Shown here: piece by piece, positions 40,108 through 50,718 of the stretch
How positions within the stretch are numbered: position 1 is the stretch's first letter
Layout: each line of letters begins with the position of its first letter
Notes under the pieces: model-generated
Seen by the model: the letters and a program-made list of their open reading frames with translations, nothing else
The model's database searches: none
What the model was told of the DNA's origin: nothing
Program-made: the position numbers and the translations under genes
Source of the DNA: an uncultured Pseudomonadota bacterium
Lineage (GTDB): Bacteria > Myxococcota_A > Polyangia > Fen-1088
Direction of reading: 5' to 3'
Assembly (NCBI GenBank): GCA_963847705.1
Contig: CAWKBC010000034.1
Coordinates: 96,001 to 160,000, forward strand
Length of the DNA: 64,000 bases

Positions 40108-41121
40108 ATGACAAGGTTACGAATGACGACGGTTGCATTCACTGTGCTCGTTGCGTCGGCCTCGGCCGCCAGCGCCGCCCCCACCTACGCGCCCCCGCCG
40201 CCGACGGCGCCCCACCTGAACACCTACCCCAACTGGGCCGCGCTCTGGTCGATCTGGGCGTATGGAACCCCCGCGGCCAACAACCCCGTGCTCGACACCA
40301 CCGGCGCGAACTGCGCGGTGGGCCAGCCGGTGCCCGGCACGTTCTTCCTCGCCGGAACCTTCGACGGCTCGACCGTGATGCGGACCTGCACCACGCCGGT
40401 CGGGGACGCATTTCTCATCCCGATCTTGAACGGCGTCGAGTTCGCGCAGCAGACGGATCCGCCCGATCAGCGCACCGAGGCCTTCCTTCGCGGAGAGCTG
40501 GCCTGCTTCGACACGCCCCCCACCCTGTCGCTGACGGTCGACGGCGTGGCGCTCCCCAATCCGCAGAGCTACCTCGAACACTCGGTGGTCTTCTCGCTCA
40601 ATCTCCCGGCCGGCAACGTCTTCGGCGTTCCGGCGCAGCTTCTCAGCCCGGCGGTGGACGCCGGCTACTACGCCTTCCTCGAGCCGCTCAGCGCCGGGAG
40701 CCACACCATCCACCTCACCGCGTTCTCGGCCGCCTGCGGCGGCGCGACCCAGGACACCACCTACAAGCTCATCGTCCAGGGCACCGTGGGAACGCCCCTC
40801 ACCTGCTCGGGCAACCAGCAGCTGACGCTCAACAACGTGGACATCCAGAGCACCGGGGCCGCGCTCACCGTCTCGGGCAACTGCAACGTGACCATCAACA
40901 ACAGCGTCCTCTTCGGAAGCACCTCGGCGATCGTGGTCCACGATCAGGGGCACGTGATTGTGAACACCAGCGTGGTCGGTGGCGGACCGGGCGCCGGCGG
41001 GTTTGCGGTCTCCGCCGACGGACACGGTCATGCGGAGTTGCGCAACTCCTCGGTGATCAGCCCGACCTCGGCGATCGGATTTTCGATCATCAGCAACTCT
41101 GGCGGCAACTCCGCCTTCTAG
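40108..41121 (+). CDS. Secreted hypothetical two-domain protein
   Basis: AGGAG RBS, signal peptide, WxxW..NPVLDTTGANC..FFLAG domain, and a beta-helix-like tail (CSGN repeats). Confidence 0.8.
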   Translation: MTRLRMTTVAFTVLVASASAASAAPTYAPPPPTAPHLNTYPNWAALWSIWAYGTPAANNPVLDTTGANCAVGQPVPGTFFLAGTFDGSTVMRTCTTPVGDAFLIPILNGVEFAQQTDPPDQRTEAFLRGELACFDTPPTLSLTVDGVALPNPQSYLEHSVVFSLNLPAGNVFGVPAQLLSPAVDAGYYAFLEPLSAGSHTIHLTAFSAACGGATQDTTYKLIVQGTVGTPLTCSGNQQLTLNNVDIQSTGAALTVSGNCNVTINNSVLFGSTSAIVVHDQGHVIVNTSVVGGGPGAGGFAVSADGHGHAELRNSSVISPTSAIGFSIISNSGGNSAF

Positions 41122-41128
41122 CTCGCGT

Positions 41129-41165
41129 CGGCATCGAGGCGCGCGCTCGGCGCGCCTCGGTGTCG
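41129..41165. terminator. 16-bp GC-rich hairpin between convergent genes
   Basis: CGGCATCGAGGCGCGC-GCTCG-GCGCGCCTCGGTGTCG; no clear U-tract. Confidence 0.5.
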
Positions 41166-41294
41166 CTCTCTGGCGCGGCTCAACTCCGAACCAGCAGGTC
41201 GATGGACTGGTCGAGCGCCGTGAGGTGAGCAGCGCCGCCGGGACCAAATGAGTCGGCCGCTCACGCAGATAGAAGGCGGCCAGACGCCGGTCTC

Positions 41295-41864
41295 TTAAGG
41301 GTTCGGTTCGGCGACGAGGTGGATTCCAGGGCGCCCCATCAGGATGAGCGTGGCCGCCCGCCGGCCTGCCTCGGCGACGTGAATGGCCGGAGGCTCGGGC
41401 GCCGTTTCCGTCCAGGTGCCGGGTCCCCAGAAGCGGCCGAAGCGCAGAATGAGGACGTCGAGGCCCGAGGCGACGGCGCTGTCTTCGAGCGCGGCGACGG
41501 CCGCGGCCGAGTCGGCGCTTCCCGCGAAGGCGATGCTCTCGACGACCAGTCGACGCGCCCCACTGGCGCACGCCGCCGCGCTGACGATCGGCCCGCCTTC
41601 GCGACGAATTCGACTGTTTGCAGGACCCGGTCCGCCCGCCAGATCGGTGAGGAAGTTGACGACCACCTCGGGCGCGCAGGCCCGCGCGACACGTGCGAGG
41701 GCGTCCGGTTGGTAGACGTCGCAGAGCTCCGCGCGGGCACCGAGCGCGGCGAGGCTGGCGCGCCTGTCGGCGGAGCGCGTGGTGCCGGTGACGTCGTGCC
41801 CGCCCAGGTGCGGCAGCGTGGCGCGCCCCAGCACGCCGGTGGCGCCGACGATCAGGATCCGCAT
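41295..41864 (-). CDS. Short NAD(P)-binding epimerase/dehydratase-like protein
   Basis: ILIVGATGVLG Rossmann motif, LRFGRFWGPG. Confidence 0.8.
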   Translation of the reverse strand: MRILIVGATGVLGRATLPHLGGHDVTGTTRSADRRASLAALGARAELCDVYQPDALARVARACAPEVVVNFLTDLAGGPGPANSRIRREGGPIVSAAACASGARRLVVESIAFAGSADSAAAVAALEDSAVASGLDVLILRFGRFWGPGTWTETAPEPPAIHVAEAGRRAATLILMGRPGIHLVAEPNP

Positions 41865-41874
41865 CGCTGCAGCA

Positions 41875-42318
41875 TCAGGCTGACGTCGAGGCGGCCGGCA
41901 CCGACAAGGCCAGCCGCACGAGCTGGCGGACGTTCAACGGGCACTCGACGGGGACCGGATCGCCGACCCAGCGGACCGCCGTGTACTCGTCGCAGGCGGT
42001 GAGATCGCGGGTGGAGACGTCGGCCACGAACGCGAAGTTCAGGTGCAGGCCCTTGCTGCCGGCCGGGTGCTCTTCGTAGCCGATGAGGCCGGCGGGCGTG
42101 CCGTCGACGCCGAGCCCCGTCGGGAAGACTCCCTCGAGGCCGGTCTCCTCGCGCAGCTCGCGACGGGCGGCCTCGAGCGGGGTCTCGTCCGCCTCCACCT
42201 CGCCCCCCACGGGGAGCCACAGATCGAGGCGCTTGTGACGCACGAGCAGGATCTCCCCACCGTGCCGGCAGAAGACCGCGACCGAAAACGCGCGCCGCTC
42301 CGCCACGCCGGGGGTCAC
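41875..42318 (-). CDS. NUDIX hydrolase
   Basis: Nudix box GGEVEADETPLEAARRELREETG. Confidence 0.9.
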   Translation of the reverse strand: MTPGVAERRAFSVAVFCRHGGEILLVRHKRLDLWLPVGGEVEADETPLEAARRELREETGLEGVFPTGLGVDGTPAGLIGYEEHPAGSKGLHLNFAFVADVSTRDLTACDEYTAVRWVGDPVPVECPLNVRQLVRLALSVPAASTSA

Positions 42319-42325
42319 TCGCCCG

Positions 42326-43531
42326 TCACTTGTCGGTGAGGGCGGCGACGCCCGGCAGCACCTTGCCCTCGAGGAACTCGAGCGAGGCGCCACCACCGGT
42401 CGACACGTGCGAGACCTTGCTGGCCACGCCCGCCTTCTTCACCGCCGACGCGGAGTCACCACCGCCGATGATGGTGGTCGCGCCGCCCGCGGTCGCCTTG
42501 GCCAGCGCCTCGGCGACGGCCATGGTCCCCTTGGCGGTGGCGTCGATCTCGAACACCCCGACCGGCCCATTCCAGATGATGGTCTTGGCGCCCAGCAGCA
42601 CCTCGGTGAAGGTGGCGACGGTGGCCGGGCCGACGTCGACCGCTTCCCAGTCGGCCGGGATGGCGTCCTTGGTGACGGTCTTGAGGGCGCCCACGGTGCG
42701 GGCCTTGAAGTCCAGCTTGTCGGTGACGACGAAGTCGGTTCCCAGCTCCAGCTTGCCGCCGGCCTCGGCCATCAGGCTGCGCGCCAGATCGAGCTTGTCG
42801 TTCTCGACGATCGACTTGCCGACCTCCAGCCCCTGCGCCTTGAGGAAGGTGTAGGTCATGCCGCCGCCGATCAGCAGCTTGTCGACGCGCGGCAGGAGGC
42901 TCTTGATGACGTCGATCTTGCTCGACACCTTGGAGCCGCCGAGCACCGCCACGAACGGCCGTTTCGGGTTGCTGAGCGCATCGCCCAGGTAGTCGAGCTC
43001 CTTCTTCATCAAATAGCCCGACGCCGCCTGGGGGACGAAGCGGGTGATCCCCTCCGTCGAGGCGTGCGCGCGGTGGGCGCTGCCGAAGGCGTCGTTCACG
43101 TAGAGGTCCGCCAGCGCCGCCAGCTTCTTGGCGAAGGCGGGATCGTTCTCCTCTTCTTCGGCGTGGAAGCGCAGGTTCTCCAGCAGCAGCACGCCCCCGG
43201 GTGCCAGCGCCGCCACCGCCTGCTCCGCCGCCGGCCCCACGCAGTCCTCGGCGAAGGCCACCGGCGCACCCAGCAACGCCGCCAGCGCGTCGGCCACCGG
43301 GCGGAGGCTCATCTCCGGGACGCGCTTTCCGTCGGGGCGCCCGAGGTGCGACATCAGGATCACCTTGGCCCCCTGCTTGCGCAGGTACTGGATGGTGGGC
43401 AGCGACTCCTTGATGCGCTTGTCGCTCTCCACCTTGCCGTCCTTGAGGGGGACGTTGAAGTCGACGCGCACGATGACGCGCTTGCCAGCCGTGTTCAGGT
43501 CCTCGACGAACAGCTTCTTCCCGGTGCTCAT
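42326..43531 (-). CDS. pgk: Phosphoglycerate kinase
   Basis: [32 protein letters not shown]. Confidence 0.97.
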   Translation of the reverse strand: MSTGKKLFVEDLNTAGKRVIVRVDFNVPLKDGKVESDKRIKESLPTIQYLRKQGAKVILMSHLGRPDGKRVPEMSLRPVADALAALLGAPVAFAEDCVGPAAEQAVAALAPGGVLLLENLRFHAEEEENDPAFAKKLAALADLYVNDAFGSAHRAHASTEGITRFVPQAASGYLMKKELDYLGDALSNPKRPFVAVLGGSKVSSKIDVIKSLLPRVDKLLIGGGMTYTFLKAQGLEVGKSIVENDKLDLARSLMAEAGGKLELGTDFVVTDKLDFKARTVGALKTVTKDAIPADWEAVDVGPATVATFTEVLLGAKTIIWNGPVGVFEIDATAKGTMAVAEALAKATAGGATTIIGGGDSASAVKKAGVASKVSHVSTGGGASLEFLEGKVLPGVAALTDK

Positions 43532-43624
43532 GACCAGGGATTTACCAGACTTCGCCTCGATTTGTCCCGGCGATTTGTCGACTGGTCGCCGCCGGCGCCC
43601 GGACGACGACGAAGGAAGGCCCGG

Positions 43625-44014
43625 TTACGGGGCTGACGCGGCGGCCGCTTCGTCCACCCGGCGCGCCGCTTCCATGAGCAGCTGCATCGTGGGGACACCG
43701 AGCTCGTCGGCCAGTCCCTCGTGATCCATCTGCGCGAAACTGAATCGGCCACGCTCCAGACCCAGGAGCTCGTAGACCGCCGACTTGTTGAGGCGGCGCG
43801 AGCCGTCGATGCGGGCGCGCAGCACGCGGCCGTGACGCAACCAGAGTCGCCCGACTTTATTGTTCGGGTCGTTCGGGTTGCTCCCCTGGTCCGCCACCAC
43901 GACCAGCTCACCCGAGCGTCGTTCGAGATCGAGGAAGGTCAGCACGGTCGCCAGGCCGAACTGCTCCAGGCGCCCGCGAAGTGCCGGTTCCAGCGATGAA
44001 CCCATTGATGCCAT
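43625..44014 (-). CDS. Stand-alone DUF4388 domain protein
   Basis: LRGRLEQFGL..VL..L..RRSGEL, GRFSF, LLMEAARRVDE. Confidence 0.82.
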   Translation of the reverse strand: MASMGSSLEPALRGRLEQFGLATVLTFLDLERRSGELVVVADQGSNPNDPNNKVGRLWLRHGRVLRARIDGSRRLNKSAVYELLGLERGRFSFAQMDHEGLADELGVPTMQLLMEAARRVDEAAAASAP

Positions 44015-44159
44015 CGGGAAGAGTTGACCCCCCTTCTGCCCGAAGCGCAAAAAACTGCCTCGGTCGGGACGTGAAGTCCTTGGATTGCCGCCCCTTGCGA
44101 GCTCCGCTCCAGAAAAACAGACCGACGGCGATCGGGAGTACAATGGGGCCGCCTCACCC

Positions 44160-44795
44160 ATGAGCGGAATCGAACGTCTGGTCTTCTGCCTGGCCTTCGC
44201 CGGGGTCGGCTCGCTGGGCTGTGGCAGCAACAACAGCAGCACCGCCGGGAGCTGCGGGCGCGTCGAATCCTGCGGGGGCGACGTCGTGGGCAGCTGGTCG
44301 ATCGTCCAATCGTGTGGCGTCAGCGACGCCTTCGTCGTCCAGGAGCAGCAGTTTTTTGCGGGGTTCTGCGACCCCGCCAACGCCGGAGCGGTCTTCGACC
44401 CCGGCACGACGACCTGGGTGGGATCGTGGTCGTTCAGCTCCGCGATGTCCTTCACCCGGTCGCTCCTGATCACCGAGCACCAGTCGTTCGTCTGTCAGGA
44501 CGGAGAGAAGTGCTCCGATCTCGAAAGCCAGATTCAAGCGGCCCAGGCGACCTATCCGATCCAGTCGGGCAGCTGCACGGCCGTCGGTCAGGGTTGTCGC
44601 TGCACGATCGACTGGTCAGCCCTCACGGAGCAGGACGGGACCTACACCAGCAGCGGCACCAAGCTCCTGCTGACCGTCGCGGACAGCTCGCCGACCGACT
44701 TCAACTACTGCGTCGAGGGGAACACGATGCACTGGATCGATCAGGACAACGCGCCCCCCACCGCCAACGCCGACATCGTGGCCGAGCGGCAGTAG
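44160..44795 (+). CDS. Cys-containing lipoprotein (myxobacterial hypothetical)
   Basis: Lipobox SLGC, CGGDVVGSW, GTYTSSG, YCVEG. Confidence 0.78.
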   Translation: MSGIERLVFCLAFAGVGSLGCGSNNSSTAGSCGRVESCGGDVVGSWSIVQSCGVSDAFVVQEQQFFAGFCDPANAGAVFDPGTTTWVGSWSFSSAMSFTRSLLITEHQSFVCQDGEKCSDLESQIQAAQATYPIQSGSCTAVGQGCRCTIDWSALTEQDGTYTSSGTKLLLTVADSSPTDFNYCVEGNTMHWIDQDNAPPTANADIVAERQ

Positions 44796-44804
44796 GAGCC
44801 TGGC

Positions 44805-45203
44805 TCAGGGCGCTTGCCTGGACGCCACGAGGGTCTTCAGTCGGACCCATTCGCTCGACGCTTTGGCCCGGAGGGAGGTGACAATTCGACCTGTCCCGGG
44901 AGGAATATCGCGCGCCGCAAGCCACCCGAAGGCGAGGACGGCCACCGTCGCCAGCAAAAGGAGGGCAATCAGCATGGGCGCGCGATTGCGCGGAACCCTG
45001 TCGAAGCTGCGGAATCCCAGCTTGGCCGGAACCAGCGTCGGATCGTCGTGAGGCAGGTTCTCGAAGCCGGTGGCCTCCAGCTCGTCCCCCCGGCGAAAGA
45101 ACGCCTGGGTCCGCGAGCCCAGGCGCATCGTCGTGTTCTTGAGCTTGGTGAGAAGCACAATCCTTCGACTTGGTTGCGGCAGAACATCGGGATTGGGGAT
45201 CAT
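44805..45203 (-). CDS. Hypothetical protein with one TM
   Basis: TQAFFRRGD motif and a hydrophobic segment. Confidence 0.6.
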   Translation of the reverse strand: MIPNPDVLPQPSRRIVLLTKLKNTTMRLGSRTQAFFRRGDELEATGFENLPHDDPTLVPAKLGFRSFDRVPRNRAPMLIALLLLATVAVLAFGWLAARDIPPGTGRIVTSLRAKASSEWVRLKTLVASRQAP

Positions 45204-45236
45204 GCGCGCTCCATGCAATGCCGTGTCAATCGCCGA

Positions 45237-45419
45237 CTAGCGATCGAGCTTCTTGGCGGCGCCGTGCTTGGCTGCGCCCACCACGGCCTTCGCCGCCCCG
45301 ACGACACGATCCACCAGACCCTCGGCCTCCATCTTCTTGTTGCCGGAGACGACACCAGCGGCCTCTTTGAGGCGACCCTTGACGTTCTGCCCAGCGCCGT
45401 TCCTTTGATCTTTGTTCAT
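45237..45419 (-). CDS. CsbD family general stress protein
   Basis: MNKDQ..G....KGRLKEAAG..GN..MEAEG. Confidence 0.85.
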   Translation of the reverse strand: MNKDQRNGAGQNVKGRLKEAAGVVSGNKKMEAEGLVDRVVGAAKAVVGAAKHGAAKKLDR

Positions 45420-45580
45420 GTGGCGAATGTGCTCATGCATCAGAATCCGTCAAGCGCCTACGAGTCTCTGCGCAGATCCATCGCCGCCTCCCCGCACCGC
45501 GCCGCCCTGAAGAGCCTGTCGATTGACTTCGCCAGCGCCCCACGCGAACCTCGCCGGCGGCAGGCGCGCGCTTCGTTTTC

Positions 45581-46516
45581 ATGTCCGGCCTCTATTCAGC
45601 CCTGTTCTCGATGGCGTTCACGTCGGTCGCGTGGTTCGCCAAGGTTGGCACCGTCGTGGGCGCGCTTCTCGGCGCCCTGCTCGCCTATCTGCCAATCGCG
45701 GGCGTCCTGCGCGCCCAGGGCGCGGTTCCCCAGCGGATCGCCGTGCGGCGGACGGCCGCCGTCTGCTGCCTCGTCTGGGGGCTGGTGCTCCCTCCGGTGT
45801 TCGCGGCCGCTGGGCTCGTATGGGGGTTGTCCCACGGGCTCAGCAACGTCGTCGAAGGGCCGCTGTCGACGACGGTCCGCGCGACGGTCGAGACCTGGAT
45901 GACCCGCGCCAACGGCCTGCGAAACGGAGTCCTCGGGCGGTATCCGCTGGCCAAGCGGCTCTCCGAGAGCGAGCTGGCGGCAGTGATGCGCGCGACCCCC
46001 GAGTGGATCTCGGAGGTGTTTGGCCACACCGAGGTCGCGGCGCTCCAGCAGAAGGCGGAGGATGCGATGGTTCCGGCGCCGGTGATCTCCTTCATGCGTG
46101 GTGAGTTCGAAGCGGTGGCGGCCGGCCACCACCACCGGGAATGGCTGACGCCCACCCTCGAGAATCTCCGCGCCCGGGCTCGCGGCGCGACCGCTGACTG
46201 GCCGACGATGCAAGAGACGATCGAGTCGATGGTGGCGCCGTCGGCCTTTCAGGGCGCGGCCAGCTCCATCCGCACGCGCGCCTGGCACTACATCTGGAGG
46301 ATGGTGCTGCGCGCCCTGTTGCTCTCGGCCGTGCTGGCGGGCGGCCTGCGGTTGCTCTGGCGGCTCCCCGCGCCCGCACCTGCGCCTGCGACCATGCCCG
46401 CACCTGCGACCGTGCCCGCGCCTGCCGCCGTGCCCGCGCCCGCCGCCGCGCCCGCGCCCGCCGCCGCGCCGAAGGAGACGCAGGATCCGCCTGGCGGTGA
46501 GACCAGCGGTGGCTGA
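45581..46516 (+). CDS. Hypothetical membrane protein with PAPA-rich tail
   Basis: N- and C-terminal TM segments; high GC3. Confidence 0.65.
   Translation: MSGLYSALFSMAFTSVAWFAKVGTVVGALLGALLAYLPIAGVLRAQGAVPQRIAVRRTAAVCCLVWGLVLPPVFAAAGLVWGLSHGLSNVVEGPLSTTVRATVETWMTRANGLRNGVLGRYPLAKRLSESELAAVMRATPEWISEVFGHTEVAALQQKAEDAMVPAPVISFMRGEFEAVAAGHHHREWLTPTLENLRARARGATADWPTMQETIESMVAPSAFQGAASSIRTRAWHYIWRMVLRALLLSAVLAGGLRLLWRLPAPAPAPATMPAPATVPAPAAVPAPAAAPAPAAAPKETQDPPGGETSGG
46367..46471 (+). repeat. Degenerate 18-bp in-frame repeats (PAPAxx)
   Basis: Units of the form CCCGCRCCYGCS. Confidence 0.75.
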
Positions 46517-47600
46517 CGGCGATCCGAAGTCGCTGAAGTCGCCGAAGTCGCCGAAGTCGCCGAAGTCGCCCGGTTCGCCGTTCTCCGTGGGGGCGGCGGT
46601 CGCCACGATCTCGAAGCCAATCACGCTCCTGCGGGCGTTCGTCGCGCAGTACGCGCCCTGGATCTCGCTGGGCATCGGGCTGCTGTCGCGCGTCCTCAAC
46701 AAGCACGACATCCAGTTCGCGCCCAAGGCGGTCGCGCTGCTCGTCGTCGCCTGGACGTTGCCGGCGATCATGGCGCGCCTCATGCCGGACCCCCGCCCCG
46801 GCGTCACCGAGCCGGGCTGGCGCCGCGCCATCCGCACCGTCGGCGCCCCCTTCGCGGTGGTGGTCCTCTACAAGAACATCCTCTTCTTCCTGGTGCCGAT
46901 CTGGTTCGGCGCCGCGCATTTCCCTTCGCTGAACATGGGCGTGCCGCTGCTGCTGGCGGCGATGGCGCTGGGGACCTGTTTCGCCTCCCAGTACCAGCAC
47001 CGCATCATCGAGCACCCGGTGCGCCGCGTGCTCTGGTCGGCGGTGGTCCTGTTCGCGGCGCTGGTGCCGGCGCTGGAGGTCATGGCCTTCGCTTCCCCGC
47101 GCGTGTCGCTGTTCCTGGCGGCGCTGCTGTCGACGGCGGTGGCGACAGCCGCGCTGCGCAGCGACGGGGAGAGCATCCTCAGTCGCCGCGCGCTGGGCGG
47201 CATCCTGGCCGGCGCCGTCCCCGTCGCGTTGCTGGTCGTCCTGGCGGCGCCGCTCCTGCCGCCGGTTCCCGCCGATTGTCTGGACAAGGGCGCCGGCACG
47301 GCAATCATCAGTCGCAACCTGGTGGAGCGCGCCGAGGCGTTCCCGCGCGGCACCCATCGGGTCTACGCCTGGTTCGCCGTCTCGCTCCCCGCCCGTTACC
47401 GGCAGCAGGTGATCTACAAGTGGTTCCACGACGGCGCCATCGTGGGCGAGCCGATCGTCACCAACATCGAAGGCGGGCGCTCCGGCGGCTATCGCACCGC
47501 CACCTCCAAGCTCTCACCCGCGCCCGGCCATTGGCGCGCCGATTTGCTCAATGAGGCGGGCCAGTTGGTTGGTCGGGTCGCCTTCGACGTACTTCCGTAG
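46509..47600 (+). CDS. Multi-TM protein with C-terminal DUF2914-like domain
   Basis: VYAWFAV, GGRSGGYRT, GHWRAD..GQLVGRVAF; GTG start overlaps the upstream stop. Confidence 0.72.
   Translation: MADGDPKSLKSPKSPKSPKSPGSPFSVGAAVATISKPITLLRAFVAQYAPWISLGIGLLSRVLNKHDIQFAPKAVALLVVAWTLPAIMARLMPDPRPGVTEPGWRRAIRTVGAPFAVVVLYKNILFFLVPIWFGAAHFPSLNMGVPLLLAAMALGTCFASQYQHRIIEHPVRRVLWSAVVLFAALVPALEVMAFASPRVSLFLAALLSTAVATAALRSDGESILSRRALGGILAGAVPVALLVVLAAPLLPPVPADCLDKGAGTAIISRNLVERAEAFPRGTHRVYAWFAVSLPARYRQQVIYKWFHDGAIVGEPIVTNIEGGRSGGYRTATSKLSPAPGHWRADLLNEAGQLVGRVAFDVLP
46524..46568 (+). repeat. Five 9-bp tandem repeats CCGAAGTCG encoding KSP repeats
   Basis: Read directly from the sequence; one copy is CTGAAGTCG. 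Confidence 0.9.
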
Positions 47601-47716
47601 CGTCAGCTTCCTGACCGACGCAACGCAGGCCGAAGGTCTGTTTGTTTGTTGATTGGCCAATTGCCACGCGCGCAGTTCGTGTACCGTCGTCCCCCCCACT
47701 CGCGAGGAGAGCCCGC

Positions 47717-49258
47717 ATGCCCAACGCCACCCGTACTTTGTTCGCAGCTGCCGCCTTGGCCTGGTTCTCGACGGCCGGTTGCGGCGTCGACACCTCGAAC
47801 GACGCCACCACCGAGGCGCAGGGCGCCATCACTGCGACCTCCGCGAGCCAATCATTCCTGGTGTTGTTCTCGGGCGGAACGATTCCCGCCAACGCCGACG
47901 CCCTGGTGGCCGGGGCGGGAGGGACGATCGCCGCCCGCTACACCAACGTGGGCGCCGTGCTCGCCCGCTCGGCCAGCGCCTCTTTCGCCTCTTCGCTGCG
48001 CGCCACCTCCGGCGTCGACGCCGTCGGCGCAGTCAACTCCGTCCACAGCGCGCTCAGCCCGCTCATGGTCAAGACCGGGCACCGTCCGCCCCACACCCCC
48101 GCGCCGGGCCCCGGGGATCCGCTGTCGTTCCGCCAGTGGGACATGGATCAGATTCACGCTCCGCAGGCCCACAAGCTCTCGACCGGCAGCAAGTCGGTGC
48201 TGGTCGGCTTCCTCGACTCGGGCGTCGACGTGACCCACCCTGACCTCGTCGGCCAGGTCAACGCCTCCGCCAGCGCCTCTTGCCTGGGCGGCGTCGTCAA
48301 CACGTCGCCCGCGATCTGGGCCAACGACATCATCGGGCACGGCACCTTCGGCGCCGGGATCGTCGCGGCCGCCAAGAACGGCATCGGCACGGTGGGCGTC
48401 GCCCCCGGGGTCAAGGTCAGCATGGTCAAGGTGGCCGTCGACGACGTCAACGATCCCAACTTCGGGCTGGTCTTCCCCGACGCCGTGGTCTGCGGCATCG
48501 ACTGGGCCATCGCCCACAACGTCGACGTGCTCAACGCGAGCCTCACGATCGATCCCTTCACCGCGCCGATCGACGACATCTTCTGCAGCGATCAGCCCGA
48601 CCGGGCGGCCATCGTGCAGATCGTGCGCACGGCGATCCTGAAGGCGGCCGCCAAGAAGCTCACCGTGGTGGCCGCGACGGGAAACTTCTTCGACGACCTG
48701 GCGAACCTGCCGGGGTCGAAGCCCGGCGTTCAGTGCAAGGTCCTGCCGGTTTCGCTCCCCAAGGTGATCGGCGTGAGCGCCGTCGGCTACACCCAGAAGC
48801 TGTCGTTCTACTCCGACTACGGCTTCGGCGGGGTCGACCTGACCGCGCCCGGCGGCGACAGCCTGATTCCCGACGCGCTGGTCACCGACACCACCGCCTC
48901 GGGCCAGATCCTGTCGACCATCCCGGCGGGGAGCCTCTACTACCAGGGCGCAGCCGACTACGACGGACAGGTCCAGGACTGCTCGTCGGGGACCTGCGCG
49001 ACCTACGCCTACATCCAGGGGACGTCCGAGTCCGCCCCGCACGTGGCCGGCGTCGCCGCGCTGGTGATCAGCCGCTTCGGCAAGCTGACGCCCGATGCGC
49101 TGCTGGTGAAGCTGAGCCTGGCCGCGACGCCGCTGGCCTGTCCGCCCAGCCCTTACGATCCCGGCCAGACCGGCCAGCCCGCGACCTGCAAGGGGCCCGC
49201 CTTCTACAACAACTTCTACGGCGCGGGCGAAGTCGACGCGCTGGCCGTCCTGCGCTAG
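47717..49258 (+). CDS. S8 subtilisin-like serine protease, probable lipoprotein
   Basis: Triad LDSG, GHGT, GTSESAPHVAG; lipobox TAGC; propeptide. Confidence 0.92.
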   Translation: MPNATRTLFAAAALAWFSTAGCGVDTSNDATTEAQGAITATSASQSFLVLFSGGTIPANADALVAGAGGTIAARYTNVGAVLARSASASFASSLRATSGVDAVGAVNSVHSALSPLMVKTGHRPPHTPAPGPGDPLSFRQWDMDQIHAPQAHKLSTGSKSVLVGFLDSGVDVTHPDLVGQVNASASASCLGGVVNTSPAIWANDIIGHGTFGAGIVAAAKNGIGTVGVAPGVKVSMVKVAVDDVNDPNFGLVFPDAVVCGIDWAIAHNVDVLNASLTIDPFTAPIDDIFCSDQPDRAAIVQIVRTAILKAAAKKLTVVAATGNFFDDLANLPGSKPGVQCKVLPVSLPKVIGVSAVGYTQKLSFYSDYGFGGVDLTAPGGDSLIPDALVTDTTASGQILSTIPAGSLYYQGAADYDGQVQDCSSGTCATYAYIQGTSESAPHVAGVAALVISRFGKLTPDALLVKLSLAATPLACPPSPYDPGQTGQPATCKGPAFYNNFYGAGEVDALAVLR

Positions 49259-49410
49259 AGGTCAGACCAGGCTTCGAGGATCCGCAGGCGGACAGAGCCG
49301 CGCACACCAGAGCCGCCGGCAACGCGGCGCCATGCGATCCTCGAGACAGGGCCTCCTCGTTCTATGGAGGCCGGCGCGGGCAACGTTCACTTGTTACCAT
49401 CCGGCACCAG

Positions 49411-50450
<1,040 letters not shown>

Positions 50451-50454
<4 letters not shown>

Positions 50455-50651
50455 GTCGTCGGCTTCGGGGCGGGCGGCGCCGCCGGCGAGACGGCCCGCT
50501 TCGTGGCGGCGAGCTTGACGGCGGTCGAGGGCTTTCCCGCGGCGGCGCGGGCGGCCTTGCCTTCCGGCGAGTTGTAGGCGCTGCGGTAGGCGTGGCGGAG
50601 GCGGCGATGCGTGGCCTGGGCGGCGGTGGTGGGTCGGTTGCGTTTGCTCAT
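50451..50651 (-). CDS. Small, highly basic Ala/Lys/Arg-rich protein
   Basis: 66 aa, almost no acidic residues, high GC3. Confidence 0.55.
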
Positions 50652-50718
50652 GGCGCGGGACCTTACCAGCTTCCAGGCGACCTGGCACGCCGCCCCAGCG
50701 CCGGCGCCTCTGCGATCT

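Noticed and set aside
42326-43531. pgk outside a gap-pgk-tpi operon
   Set aside because: Common enough to be uninformative.
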